Positions 1 to 12,141 of a DNA stretch of 64,000 bases are shown in pieces; the first letter of the stretch is position 1, and every line of letters starts with the position of its first letter. A program made the position numbers and the translations under genes. The notes beneath the pieces were generated by a model. The model searched no databases and had not been told where the DNA came from. It worked only from the letters and a program-made list of their open reading frames with translations. This DNA is from Mobula hypostoma (lineage: Eukaryota): positions 230,580,001-230,644,000 of the forward strand of contig NC_086097.1 of the NCBI RefSeq assembly GCF_963921235.1. The letters run 5' to 3'.

Positions 1-92
1 TTGTGAAGACAACAACATGAAGTAACCCAAGGTATTTTAATTGATTAATTAACACTGATACAACTTTTTCTTTGTAAATTAAATTAAAAATT

Positions 93-391
93 GTGTAGCG
101 TGGCGCCCATGGTCGATTGGGGTCTGGTCTCTCCCGTCAGTGTTGCCCTCCAATGTTCGATCTGTGGAACAACAGGCTGATTTACCGGGAATTGTACCAC
201 CAATTTGCGGGACATTTCAGTCAGGGTCTTGGGCTATATATGTACGATCTTTTTTGTGTAGCTATGGTTTTTCTTGCTTGTTATTTTTGGAGGTGCTGTG
301 TATATTTTGCATCTTGGCCTCAAAGGAATGCTGTTTCATTCGGCTGTTTCCATGTATGGTTGAATGATAATTAAACTTGATTTGATTTGAT
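93..391 (+). mobile_element. 3' portion of a retroelement with a Rex1/Babar-type tail
   Basis: Ends in ...GAATGATAATTAAAC(TTGAT)n, resembling the other Rex-type tails in the window; no ORF. Confidence 0.45.
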
Positions 392-1649
392 TAAAGATAT
401 GCACTCACAAATGTTAAATATAATTGACAAAATTAGAAAGGCTGTTGACCTTTTGTCTTTCTATGTCATTGCACTTCAGTAAAAACAGATACTCAGAGAA
501 AGATTAACACCTTTTCAAAGCTAAAAGCAGGAAAAAATGGAGAACGGATTGGTTTAGTTGGATTTATAAAAAGAATGAACAGCCTGTCAAAGATGAACTA
601 TAAAGGCAAGGTGGGAAATAAAAGATCTCAATGAAGACAGATATAGTAGCATCAATAAAATGATGGACTAATTTCCGACAACAAAAGAAAAAAGGACCAA
701 ATTTAAACCGAAGGAAAACTGTAATGGCCCAATTCAATCCATGTCAAGTGAATAATGGCATATAAGAGTCCACCATTTCAAATGGGCACACAGCAATTGA
801 TTTATTTGATAAATGTTCTGAGTAAGATTTATTTTCTATCGAAGACTGATATTCTTTAAAACTTTTGCCTTCAGATATGTCACAATTTCACATAGACATT
901 TTTACAGCCAAATGAAAATTCCAGATTAAACCATGGTGAGTAAGATTGCAGGGTAATTCAATGAAACTGCATTAGAATCCACAGAATGGTTGCAATGGTA
1001 GAAAATTAACACATTTTAAAAATCTTTGAAGTACGCAAAATTATTTTTCAAGTGCAGGACGGGAGTCAAGAATAATCAATAATCCTATCTTCTGGTGGGA
1101 AAAAATGAAATTCTCAAAAATGTGTTAATTGGCAAAACACATTTAAAGATCTGCCGTGGCATCCAGAACATAGATCATTCAGTGATATCTCTTAGCAACA
1201 TTCAGAATAACTCTAAGTACAGTTATCAGTATCTGTACTGTTAGTTTAGGAATTGTTATCTCTGTAAAAAGGATACTTAAACCCAGTATTTTCTCATGAC
1301 CCAGAAATTAACCTCCACCACTTATGGAAAGGGAACGTGATGAGGATGGGAGGAGGGGGTTGGAATTAGAGGCATTTGGCCTTGGTTAAGAGGCTTCTGC
1401 TGACAAATGCACTATTGCCTCAACAGTTAAATGAACAATAAAACTGCAGCAATAAAAAAGATTCTGCTGACATTCAACATGATATATTACTCTAACCTAT
1501 GAACGGGTGGGGCTGTTGGGTTTAAATAGAACTTTTACCTCAAAACACTGGGTCCATTCAACATTCTGCCATTTCAAAGTTACAGCACAGATCAAAAGTT
1601 CCAGCTGGCACATCGAATACCACTGCAATTGGTTTATGTGTTTTTCCTA

Positions 1650-1770
1650 TTTACTACACAGCTATGTCAGTGTTGGAATGTGTGGTGACGGGCTGCCCCC
1701 AGCACATCTTTGGGTTGTATTGGTTGTGAAGGCAAACAGTGCATTTCACTGTATGTTTTATGTACATAGA
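1650..1770 (+). mobile_element. 3' half of a tRNA-derived SINE (same family as 47495-47820)
   Basis: GGGCTGCCCCCAGCA...TTGGTTGT...CATTTCACTGTATGTTT is shared with 47714-47783. Confidence 0.55.
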
Positions 1771-3068
1771 TACTTTACTGATCACAAAGGAAATTACAGT
1801 CTCACAGTAGCATTACAAGTTCACAAACAAATATACAAATATTAGAAGAGAAGTAAGAAAGAATAAAAAATAAGTTACCTCAAACAGTCTACAGGAGGGG
1901 ATCATCACTTCCCCGAGTGTAGGTTGACTCATTATAGAGCCTAATGGCCGAGGGTAAGAATGACCTCATATAGCGCCCCCTTGGAGCAGCGCAGTTGTCT
2001 TAGTCTATTACTGAAAGTGTCCCTCTGTTCAACCAAGGTGGCATGCAGAGAGTGAGAAACATTGCCCAGAATTGCCAGGAATTTCCACAGGGTCCTTTGT
2101 TCTGCTACAGCCTCCAGGGTGTTCAATTTGACTCCTATAACAGAGCCAACCTTTCTAATCAGTTTATTGAGCCTGTTGGCATCACCCATGTTGATGCCAT
2201 TGCCCCAGCACACCACCACATAGAAGATGGTACTGGTGACAACAGGCTGGTAGAACATGTGAAGGAGAGGCCTGCATACTCGAAAGGACCGCAGTCTCCT
2301 CAGGAAGTAGAGGTGTCTTTGGCCCTTCTTGTATACAGCCTCTGTGTTGGTGTTCCAGTCAAGTCTGTCACCCAGGTACACCCCTAGGTACGTGTAGGTC
2401 CTCACCACATCCATGTCCTCACCATCAATAGTAACAGAGAGTAAAGCAGGCTTAGTCTTCCTAAAGTCTATCACCATCTCCTTTGTCTTATTAATGTTGA
2501 GCTGCAGATGATTCAGCTTTCACCATTTGACAAAGTCCTCCACCAGGGCCCTGTATTCATCCTCCCAAACTCCCTTTATAAACCCACCTGTTGCTGAGTT
2601 TCAGAGAATTTCTGCAGATGGCATGATTCAGTGTTGTACCTAAAGTCCGAGGTATACAGGGTAAACAGGAACGGAGCCAATACAGTCCCCTGTGGGGCCG
2701 CAGTGCTGCCTTTAGTCATGTCTGACACACATCTCTGAAGCCACACAAACTGTGGTTTGGCAGTCAGTTAGTCCATTATCTAGGATACAATGGAAGTGCC
2801 AGTCTGTATTGAATGGAGCTTCTCCCCCAGCAGTGAGGGCTGCATGGTATTGAAGGCACTTGAGAAATCAAAAAACATGATCCTCACAGTGCTGCCCTGT
2901 TTATCCAAATGGGAGTTGGCTCTATTCAGCAAGTAGATGATAGCATCGTCGATTCCCATGTGCTCCTGGTAGGCAAACTACAGAGTATTAAGGGCTGATC
3001 TCACCAGGGGTCGGAGGTGAGCCAGGACCAGCCTCTCTAGGGTCTTCATGATGTGTAAGGTCAGGGCC
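1768..3068 (-). mobile_element. Rex1/Babar-clade LINE, 5'-truncated, degenerate RT C-terminal half
   Basis: ORF 1941..2477 (MVIDFRK...YLGV...KKGQRHLYFLRRLRSF) is the Rex1/Babar C-terminal signature; the upstream part reads FFDFSSAFNT and GAPQGTVL on the minus strand. Confidence 0.88.
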
Positions 3069-3499
3069 TAAATTAATGAATCTGAATCATAATCTGAAGC
3101 TAATGTTACACAAAATACATGGAGGATCTCTTCTGTGTAACAGTACACTTGTCTATCAGCATTAAGATGACAAAGCTCTACATAGCTCAGATTTGTGACC
3201 TTCAATAGCAAGCTTCAAACAGTTGCAAAAACTAAGTGCAAGGAATAGTGTACAGCAAACATCAATTGCTCTATTACGCACTGCAAGCTAATCCCACTGT
3301 ACATTCATAAAATAGCATTCTTCAGGAATTCATGGAGGTTTTTTTTAAAACAGCTGTGGTAATAGGCAATGGATGTGATGATGCTTTTTCACCTTAAGCT
3401 CCTGTGATGAGAACTGCATTGTTGAGGACACCTCCATTCCATTGGCTGCAATGATCCAAGATAATTCTACAAGATTCTCACTAGGAGATCACACAAATT

Positions 3500-3905
3500 T
3501 GATGCGTTTTTTTTATTTTGATGAGGCAACCAAGGAAATTGATGAAGACGTGGCGGTAGAAATTGTCCTTGTGGATTTTAGTACGGCATTTGGCAGGGCC
3601 TCCCATCCCATAATCGGGTGGTGGAAAAGGGTAAGGGACATGAGGAGCAAGGCAAATTGGGTAATTGAATCCACAATTGGCTTGGTGGTAGGAGGCAGAA
3701 GACAGTAATTGAAAGACGATGTTCTGACTGGAAGTCTGTGACTTGTGGTGCACCGCAAGGACCTTTGCAGTTGTGTGACAAGTATTATAGTTGGGATCTG
3801 AATATAACAGCTATGATGGGTAAGCTTGTGAATGAAATGAAAATTCATGGTGTTGTGGACTGGGAGGAAGGTTGCCCACTGATACAGCAGGACAGAGAAA
3901 CACAA
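3500..3905 (+). mobile_element. Old CR1 LINE RT fragment
   Basis: Degenerate translations FDEATKEIDE..VEIVLVDFSTAF and VTCGAPQG. Confidence 0.7.
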
Positions 3906-4100
3906 AAGGCTGCAGGAGTAACTAACAATCTGCTGGAGGAACTCAGCAGGTTGAGCAGCATCTGTGGGGATGGGGGTGGCAATGGAACTGTTGACATTTT
4001 GAGTCAACGCCCTGCATCAGGACTGAGCGGAAAGAGGGAATGTAGCCAGTATTAAGAGGATAAGGCGGGGAATGATGCAGGGCAAACAAGTGATTGGTGG
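3906..4100 (-). mobile_element. Old Penelope-like element 3' end with a decayed hammerhead motif
   Basis: Minus strand reads CAGTCCTGATGCAGGG...AAAATGTCAACAG...CAGATGCTGCTCAACCTGCTGAGTTCCTCCAGCA, homologous to the younger PLE tails. Confidence 0.7.
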
Positions 4101-4109
4101 ATTAAGAGT

Positions 4110-4800
4110 ATTCAAAGTTCAAAGTAAATTTATCATCAATGTATGCATATGTTACCATATACTACACTGAGATTTGTTTTCTTGCACACATTTACAGGAC
4201 ATTAAAGAAATACAATAGAAGTTATAGAAGTCTACAAATAACGACAACTGACAAACAACCAATACGCAAGAGAAGAGAATTTGTGCAAATAATAAAGAAG
4301 TAAATAAGTAATACTGAGTTGTAGAGTCCATGAAAGGGAATCTACAGGTTGTATACGGAGTCAGTTCAACGTTGAGCTGAGTGAACTTATCCGCGTCAGT
4401 TCAGCGTCCCGATGGTTGTAGGGTAATAAGTGTTCCTAAACCTTTCGGTGTGGGACCTAAGCTCTTGAACTCACTGCCCAGTGGTAGTAGTGAGCATGGC
4501 CGGGATGACAGAAGTCCTTGATGATGGAAGCTGCTTTCCTGTGGCAGTGCTCCTTGTAAATGAGCTCAACAGTGGAGAGGGCTTCGCCTGTGTTGGACCA
4601 GGCTATATCTATCACTCTTTGCAGACTTTTCCATTCTTGGGCATTGGTATTTGCATACCAGGTTGTGATGCAACTAGTCAGGATACTTTCCCCTGTGCAT
4701 CTATAGAAGCATTCCAAAGTTTTAGATGACTGCCGAATCTAGGCAAGCTTCTAAGAAAGTAGAGGCACTGTTGTGCCTTCTTTGTGATAGCACGATGGTG
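4110..4800 (-). mobile_element. Rex1/Babar LINE 3' fragment
   Basis: KKAQQCLYFLRSL and FYRCTGESILTSCITTWY in the ORF track; tail GATAAATTTACTTTGAACTTTGAA. Confidence 0.8.
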
Positions 4801-4904
4801 GGCAGATGGGAGAGGGTTGATTAGGAGGCAGTGACAGGTGAGTGACAGGCAGAAGTGGACAAAAAAAAAAGAAAAACAAAATGAAAGGTGAAGACTGTAG
4901 TTAG

Positions 4905-5300
4905 GGGGAGAGATTGGATAGGCTGCCTTTGGCTGGAGAGAAGGAAACTGAGAGATGACCTGATCAAAATATATAAAGACAATGAAAGTCGTAGATGAAC
5001 AGATAATCAAAATCTTTTCCAGTAATAGGAACATCAAAAACAAAAGAGCCTCGTTGTAAGATGGGAGGCAAGACATTTAACAGGGGATATTTTTTTAAAT
5101 ACAGTGAGTTGTTGTTATTGAGAACACACTGCCAGAAGTGGTTTGGAATCCCCTACAATGATTATATTTATGAGTGATTTAGAATGACACTTAAACAAGG
5201 CAGAAAAGGTATGGAACTAATGTGAGTAAATGGAATTAATGTAAAGGGACAAAAAGGTCAGTATGGATGGGCTGAAAGGACTCTTTCTCTGCTTGACTTC
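4905..5300 (+). mobile_element. Old CR1 3' fragment
   Basis: Degenerate RLRDDLIKIYK-like region and a CR1 3' UTR (GGATGGGCTGAAAGGAC). Confidence 0.6.
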
Positions 5301-5335
5301 ATGGCTTAAGGACTCAAGCCATCTTGGACAAAGTA

Positions 5336-8300
5336 ACCATACAACATACAACCATATAACAATTACAGCACGGAAACAGGCCATCTTGGCCCTTCTAGTC
5401 CGTGCCGAACTCTTACTCTCATCTAGTCCCACCAACCTACACTCAGCCCATAACCCTCCATTCCTTTCCTGTCCATATATCTATCCAATATAACTTTAAA
5501 CGACAACATCGAACCTGCCTCAACCACTTCTGCTGGAAGCTCGTTCCACACAGCTACCACTCTCTGAGTAAGGAAGTTCCTCCTCATGTTACCCCTAAAC
5601 TTTTGCTGTTTAACTCTCAACTCATGTCCTCTTGTTTGAATCTCCCCCACTCTCAATGGAAAAAGCCTATCCACGCCAGCTCTGTCTATCCCCCTCATAA
5701 TTTTAAATACCTCTATCAAGTCCCCCCTCAACCTTCTACGCTCCAAAGAATAAAGACCCAACTTGTTCAACCTTTCTCTGTGACTTAGGATATGAAACCC
5801 AGGCAACATTCTGGTAAATATCCTCTGTACTCTCTCAATTTTGTTGACATCTTTTCTGTAATTCGGTGACCAGCACTGTACACAATACTCCAAATTTGGC
5901 CTTACCAATGCCTTGTACAATTTCAACATTACATCCCAACTCCTATACTCAATGCTCTGATTTATAAAGGCCAGCATACCAAAAGCTTTCTTCACCACCC
6001 TATCCACATGAGATTCCACCTTCAGGGAACTAAGCACCATTATTCCTAGATCCCTCTGTTCTACTGCATTCTTCAATGCCCTACCATTTACTGTGTATGT
6101 CCTATTTTGAATAGTCCTACCAAAATGTAGCACCTCACATTTTTCAGCATTAAACTCCATCTGCCATCTTTCAGCCCACTCTTCTAACTGGCCTAAATCT
6201 CTCTGCAAGCTTTGAAAACCTACTTCATTATCCACAACTCCATCTATCTTAGTATCATCTGCATACTTACTCATCCAATTTACCACCCTATCATCCAGAT
6301 CATTAATATATATGACAAACAACATTGGACCCAGTACAGATCCCTGAGGCACACTACTAGACACTGGCCTCTAATCTGACACACAGTTATCCACCACTAC
6401 TCTCTGGCATCTCCCATCCAGCCACTGCTGAATCCATTTTAGTACTTCAATACTAATACCTAACGATTGAACCTTCCTAACTAACCTTCCATGTGGAACC
6501 TTGTCAAAGGTCTTACTGAAGTCCATATAGACAACATCCACCACTTTACCCTCGTCAACTTTTCTAGTAACCTCATCAAAAAATTCAGTAAGGTTTGTCA
6601 AACATGACCTTCCACGCACAAATCCATGTTGACTGTTCCTAATCAGACCCTGTCTATCCAGATAATTATATATGCCTTCTCTAAGAATACTTTCCATCAA
6701 TTTACCCACCACTGACGTCAAACTCACAGGCTGATAATTGCTAGGCTTACTCCTAGAACCCTTTTTAAACAATGGAACAACATGAGCAATACGCCAATCC
6801 GCTGGCACCATCCCTGTTTCTAATGACATTCGAAATATTTCTGTCAGAGCCCCTGCTATTTGCACACTAACTTCCCTCAAGGTCCTAGGGAATATCTTGT
6901 CCAGACCCGGAGACTTATCCACTTTTATATTCCTTAAAAGCGCCAGTACTTCCTCTTCTTTAATCATACTTTCCATAACTGCCCTTCTTGTTTCCCTTAC
7001 CTTACATCAATATCCTTCTCCTTTGTGAATATGGAAGAAAACAAATTGTTCAAAATCTCCTCCATCTCTTTTGGCTCCACACATAGCTATCCACTTTGAT
7101 TCTCTAAGGGACCAATTTTATCCCTCACTATCCTTTTGCTATTAATATAACTGTAGAAACCCTTGGGATTTATTTTCACCTTACTTGCCAAATCAGCCTC
7201 ATATCTTCTTTTAGCTTTTCTAATTTCTTTCTTCAGATTAGTGTGCAAACTTAAAGCACACGGTATTGGGGGTAAGGTATTGATGTGGATAGAGAATTGG
7301 TTGGCAGACAGGAAGCAAAGAGTGGGAATAAACGGGACCTTTTCAGAATGGCAGGCAGTGACTAGTGGGGTACCGCAAGGCTCAGTGCTGGGACCCAGGT
7401 TGTTTATAATATATATTAATGACTTAGATGAGGGAATTAAATGCAGCATCTCCAAGCTTGCGGATGACACGAAGCTGGGCGGCAGTGTTAGCTGTGAGGA
7501 GGATGCTAAGAGGATGCAGGGTGACTTGAATAGGTTAGGTGAGCAGGCAAATTCATGGCTGATGCAGCTTAATGTGGATAATGTGAGGTTATCCACTTTG
7601 GTGGCAAAAACAGGAAAACAGATTATTATTTGAATGTTGGCCGATTAGGAAAAGGGGAGGTGCAACGAGACCTGGTTGTCATTATAACCAGTCATTGAAA
7701 GTGGGCATGCAGGTACAGCAGGCGGTGAAAAAGGCGAATGGTATGCTGGCATTTATAGCAAGAGGATTGGAGTACAGGAGCAGGGAGGTACTACTGCAGT
7801 TGTACAAGGCCTTGATGAGACCACACCTGGCGTATTGTGTGCAGTTTTGGTCCCCTAATCTGAGGAAAGACATCCTTGCCATAGAGGGAGTACAAAGAAG
7901 GTTCACCAGATTGATTCCTGGGATGGCAGGACTTTCATATGATGAAAGACTGGATCGACTATGCTTATATTCGTTGGAATTTAGAAGATTGAGGGGGGAT
8001 CTTATTGAAACGTATAAAATCCTAAAGGGATTGGTCAGGCTAGATACAGGAAGATTGTTCCCGATGTTGGGGAAGTCCAGAATGAGGGGTCACAGTTTGG
8101 GGATAAAAGGGAAGCCTTTTAGGACTGAGATTAGGAAAAACTTCTTCAGAGAGTGGTGAATCTGTGGAATTCTCTGCCACAGGAAACAGCTGAGGCCAGT
8201 TCATTGGCGATATTTAAGAGGGAGGGAGTTAGATATGGCCCTTGTGGCTAAAGGGATCGGGGGTATGGAGGGAAGGCTGGTACAGGGTTCTGAGTTGGAT

Positions 8301-8897
8301 GATCAGCCATGATCATACTGAATGGCGGTGCAGGCTCGAAGGGCTGAATGGCCTACTCCTGCACCTATTTTCTATGTTTCTGAGATTCTTTTTACATTCT
8401 TTATATTCCTCGAGTACCTCATTTACTCCAAGCTGCCTGTATTTATTGTCGATCCCTCTCTTTTTCCGAACCAAGTTTCCAATATCCCTTGAAAACCATG
8501 GCTCTCTCAAACTTTTAACCTTCCCTTTCAACCTAACAGGAACATAAAGATCCTGTACCCTCAAAATTCCACCTTTAAATGACCTCCATTTCTCTATTAC
8601 ATCCTTCCCATAAAACAAATTGTCCCAATCCACTCCTTCTAAATCCTTTCACATCTCCTCAAAGTTAGCCTTTCTCCAATCAAAAATCTCAACCCTGGGT
8701 CCAGTCCTATCCTTCTCCATAATTATATTGAAACTAATGGCATTGTGATCACTGGACCTGAAGTGCTCCCCAACACAAACCTCCATCACCTGACCTATCT
8801 CATTCCCTAACAGGAGATCTAACACTGCCCCTTCCCTAGTTGGTACCTCTATGTATTGCTACAAAAAAACTATCTTGCACACATTTTACAAACTCCA
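5336..8897 (-). mobile_element. CR1 LINE (ORF2 from the end of the endonuclease through RT to the 3' UTR), interrupted by a second CR1 at 7235-8381
   Basis: ORFs 5423..6364, 6371..6976 and 8313..8633 carry CR1 RT motifs ([40 protein letters not shown]); the 3' microsatellite tail is near 5336-5360. Confidence 0.95.
7235..8381 (+). mobile_element. CR1 LINE, 5'-truncated, nested antisense in the preceding CR1
   Basis: ORFs 7163..7633 and 7695..8159 ([28 protein letters not shown]); TTCTATGTTTCT tail; AGATT repeated at both junctions (7235-7239 and 8383-8387). Confidence 0.93.
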
Positions 8898-9350
8898 AGG
8901 TACTGAAGGCTCCAAGACACAATAGAAAAACTGAGAAGTGGAATCTAGCCAGCAAGTGCATTTGGAGAGAACACAAGAGCAGTCAGTGCAAGCAATTGAT
9001 TTCACACTGGTGTAGCAGACATTAATTTGATATGTATGATGTACTTGGTAGGTGGAATTTTCATTTTGTGTTCAACCGTGATATCAGCTTCGTGGACAAA
9101 TGGAATGAATTCTGATGACCACGGATATAGAAGTGTAAAGAAAACTACATTTCTGAATGCTATTCCTGTGATCTAATGTACAACCAGTTATTTAATTGTA
9201 ACACTTACTTGAAAATAAGAAAGCTTGTGATCACTGGAGATTGTGTATTGTTTGATCTTTGGATAACATACTGAGAAGTCATCTGCATTAGTGTCTTCAA
9301 GAAAAGATGCAAAATAGCAACAGGGCATTGAAACCAAGTAACACTAGAAG

Positions 9351-10012
9351 GAGGGAGGAGAAGATGGCGGCGCGATGCAGTGTGTGTGGCCGTTCCGAAT
9401 GATATCGATTATGTGTTAACTAGGGGCCATGCACAATCCAGATTTGATGGAGACAGCCGTGAGAAGCACGGAGGAACATCTGGAGTAACTTCTGAAATGC
9501 CTGCTTCGCTGCTGCTGCTACTGTACGATCGAGAATCTCCGGAGGGGAAGGCCCCAAATCCTCAGCTTTGCCTATTGCCTGTTGCTGGGGCCAGGGTCGA
9601 AGCGTTCGGCAGAGATGGTGCTCGGTGCTCAGTGTTGGAGAGCTGGTCGGAGGCTCGGAGTTTTCGGACGGACTCGGAGTCCGACTGTGGTTGGATGCTT
9701 CCAGTATGTTGCATCGGCAAGTTGGCGGCGTTGGAGGTTTACCGTCTCCATGAGATGATAGGACTTTCGAGAGACTTTGAGACTTTTACCGTACCATGGT
9801 CTGTTCTTATCAAATTACGGTATTGTTTTGCATTGTTGTAACTATATGTTATAATTATGTGGTTTTTGTTAGTTTTTAAGTCGGTTTGTCATGTGTTTCC
9901 CTGATATCATTCTGGAAAAACATTGTATCATTCCTTAATGCATGCATTATTAAATGACAATAAAAGGGGACTGTGTGTCCTCATAATCTAATCTAATCTA
10001 ATAATATAATCT
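9351..10012 (+). mobile_element. Non-autonomous retroelement with a GGAGGAGAAGATGGCGGCG head and a (TAATC)n tail, copy 1
   Basis: Homologous to 29387-29893, 30727-31393 and 55601-56225; ends AAATGACAATAAAA-GGGGAC/GTCCTC hairpin-(TAATC)n. Confidence 0.8.
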
Positions 10013-10122
10013 AAACTATCATGGGAAAAGAATAATGAGAAGAACAGGGTGAGACAATGGATGTGCAGTTAGATTGAATTTGTAAACCAGAGGCTTGACT
10101 GAATTTTTTTTAAATGTACATA

Positions 10123-10799
10123 CACTCAGTGGCCACTTTACTGCTTGTAAAAGCAAATACTCGTAACCAGCAGCAACTCAATGAATAAAAGTACTTCGAT
10201 AATAAATGTACTTCGAATATCTGAAAAGCATGCAGACATGGTCAATTGATACAGTCCCGACGAAGGGTCTCGGCCTGTAACGTCGACTATACCTCTTCCT
10301 AGAGATGCTGCCTGGCCTGCTGCGTTCACCAGCAACTTTGATGTCTGTTGCTTGAATTTCCAGCATCTGCAGAATTCCTGTTGTTTGAATTGATACAGTT
10401 GTTGTTCAGACCAATCATCAGAATGGGGAAGAAATGTGATCCAAGTGACTTGGACCACGGAATGATTGTTGGTGCCAGACAGGGTGGTTTGAGTATCTCA
10501 CAAACTGCTGATTTCCTGGGAGTTTCATGCACAACAGTCTCTGGAGTTTACCATGGATAGTGTGAAAAGCAAAAAATAAATGCAGTGAGTGGCTGTTCTG
10601 TGGGCAAAAAAGCCCTGTTAATGAGAGAGGACAGAGGAGAATGACACAAAGACAACAGTAACTCAGATGACCACATGTTCCAATAGGGTGTGCAGAAAAG
10701 CATCTGAATGCACAACACATCGAACCCTGAAGTGGACGGGTTACAACAACAGAACACCACACCATATTCCAAGGTGTACGTAATAAAGTGGCCACTGAC
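10123..10799 (+). mobile_element. Non-autonomous Tc1-like DNA transposon (transposase N-terminal HTH region only)
   Basis: TIRs CACTCAGTGGCCACTTTA / TAATAAAGTGGCCACTGA with a left TA; translation MGKKCDPSDLDHGMIVGARQGGLSISQTADFLG. Confidence 0.85.
10256..10387 (+). mobile_element. 132-bp Penelope-like 3' end (hammerhead plus tail) inserted in the Tc1 element
   Basis: Perfect 12-bp TSD AATTGATACAGT at 10244-10255 and 10388-10399; matches the PLE 3' terminus. Confidence 0.88.
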
Positions 10800-11266
10800 T
10801 ACCCACGGAAGGTCTTTATTCTCGGTGAAAGACAGCAGATTAAACCAAAGCAGAAGGAACTCTAATCAAGATCAAACCCACGTGCACTCCAGAAACACCT
10901 GAACAGTTGGACTGGCCATTCCATCTTCCAGTAAGATGGTCTCAGTGGCCTTTCCGGGTCCAAAACATGGTGCAAATGGGTGTCTTAAATGCTTTTCTTA
11001 TCATTGCAAGACCTTGTTGGAAATTGGCAAGTCTTGTTCATTGGTGAGACCAACGGTGCGGAAGCTGCATGGCCTTGGTATTGAGCAGACCACACCAGTG
11101 ACTGTAAATTTGCAGGCACTCCTCTGATTAAAAAGCTCCATACTATTGAGCAGTTAATATTAAGTTATAAAAAGCATACTATCTTTCCTGGTAAAATTGT
11201 TGCTGCAGAAATTGAAAGTCAGCATCATCTTAGAACAGCAGCATATAGACTTTCTTTTGATTCCAG

Positions 11267-11430
11267 TTGTGTTTTCTTGTTTTAATAAAGTGTATGTTTG
11301 ACAGTAACTATGTTTCTCTTGTGAATGGCGCTTATGTAATGCTATATGCCCGTGATGTTGCTACAATTACTTTTTTTCAAAAAACATACATGTCCTTGTG
11401 CATATGATAATAAACTTGACCTTGACTTTG
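11267..11430 (+). mobile_element. Isolated Rex-type LINE/SINE 3' tail
   Basis: Ends GTGCATATGATAATAAACTTGACCTTGACTTTG. Confidence 0.45.
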
Positions 11431-11566
11431 TATATATTAGGATGGCATCACTGGAGTGTGCCAATCGACTTGAATTACAGTCCCAAATATAACCGCAGGA
11501 ATTAGTAAATGTCAACTTAACGTCCTGAACACTAGGATTTCAGAATTCATATTATTGCTTCAAGGT

Positions 11567-11993
11567 TATGTATGCATTATGATCAGAGATTAAGGGAGCT
11601 AGGGCTTTACTCTCTGGAGAGAAGGAGGATGAGAGGAGACATGATAGAGGTATACAAGATATTAAGAGGAATAGATAGAGTGGACAGCCAGCGCCTCTTC
11701 CCCAGGGCACGACTGCTCAATACAAGAGGACATGGCTTTAAGGTAAGGGGTGGGAAGTTCAAGGGGGATATTCAAGGAAGGTATTTTACTCAGAGAGTGG
11801 TTGGCGCGTGGAATGCACTGCCTGAGTCAGTGATGGAGGCAGATACACTAGTGAGATTTAAGAGACTACTAGACAGGTATATGGAGGAATTTAAGGTGGG
11901 GGCGGGGTTATATGGGAGGCAGGGTTTAAGGGTCAGCACAACATTGTGGGCTGAAGGGCCTGTACTGTGCTGTACTGTTCTACGTTCTATGTT
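11567..11993 (+). mobile_element. CR1 3' fragment
   Basis: ORF 11572..: LGLYSLERRRMRGDMIEVYKI...FTQRVVGAWNALP; tail TGTTCTACGTTCTATGTT. Confidence 0.9.
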
Positions 11994-12141
11994 AAGGAAT
12001 CATGATGAATTTCCCATTGGTAAGCACAGTTTAAACTATTTTCAGAGTAGCATCAGCACCTGCACTCTGGTAGAAAGCTAGGACCAGGAGCTGAGAGGCT
12101 GTCAGGCACTCAACATTACCTGGATAACATCATTTGTTACC

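Noticed and set aside
5423..6976. 313-aa and 201-aa RT ORFs as a functional or domesticated gene
   Set aside because: They are consecutive pieces of a CR1 ORF2 broken by a stop, 5'-truncated and interrupted by another CR1.
7087..7633. Overlapping antisense ORFs suggesting a chimeric protein
   Set aside because: An artefact of one CR1 inserted antisense in another.
9442..9498. C/D-box snoRNA-like or hammerhead-like pattern (TGATGG...CTGA) in the AAGATGGCG element
   Set aside because: Box C is non-canonical, the unit is short, there is no GAAA/stem III, and the flanking pairing is not kept in the other copies.
9380..9841. 153-164 aa ORFs in the AAGATGGCG elements (also 30809-31303)
   Set aside because: Frames and starts are not maintained between copies; they fit chance ORFs in GC-richer repeat sequence.
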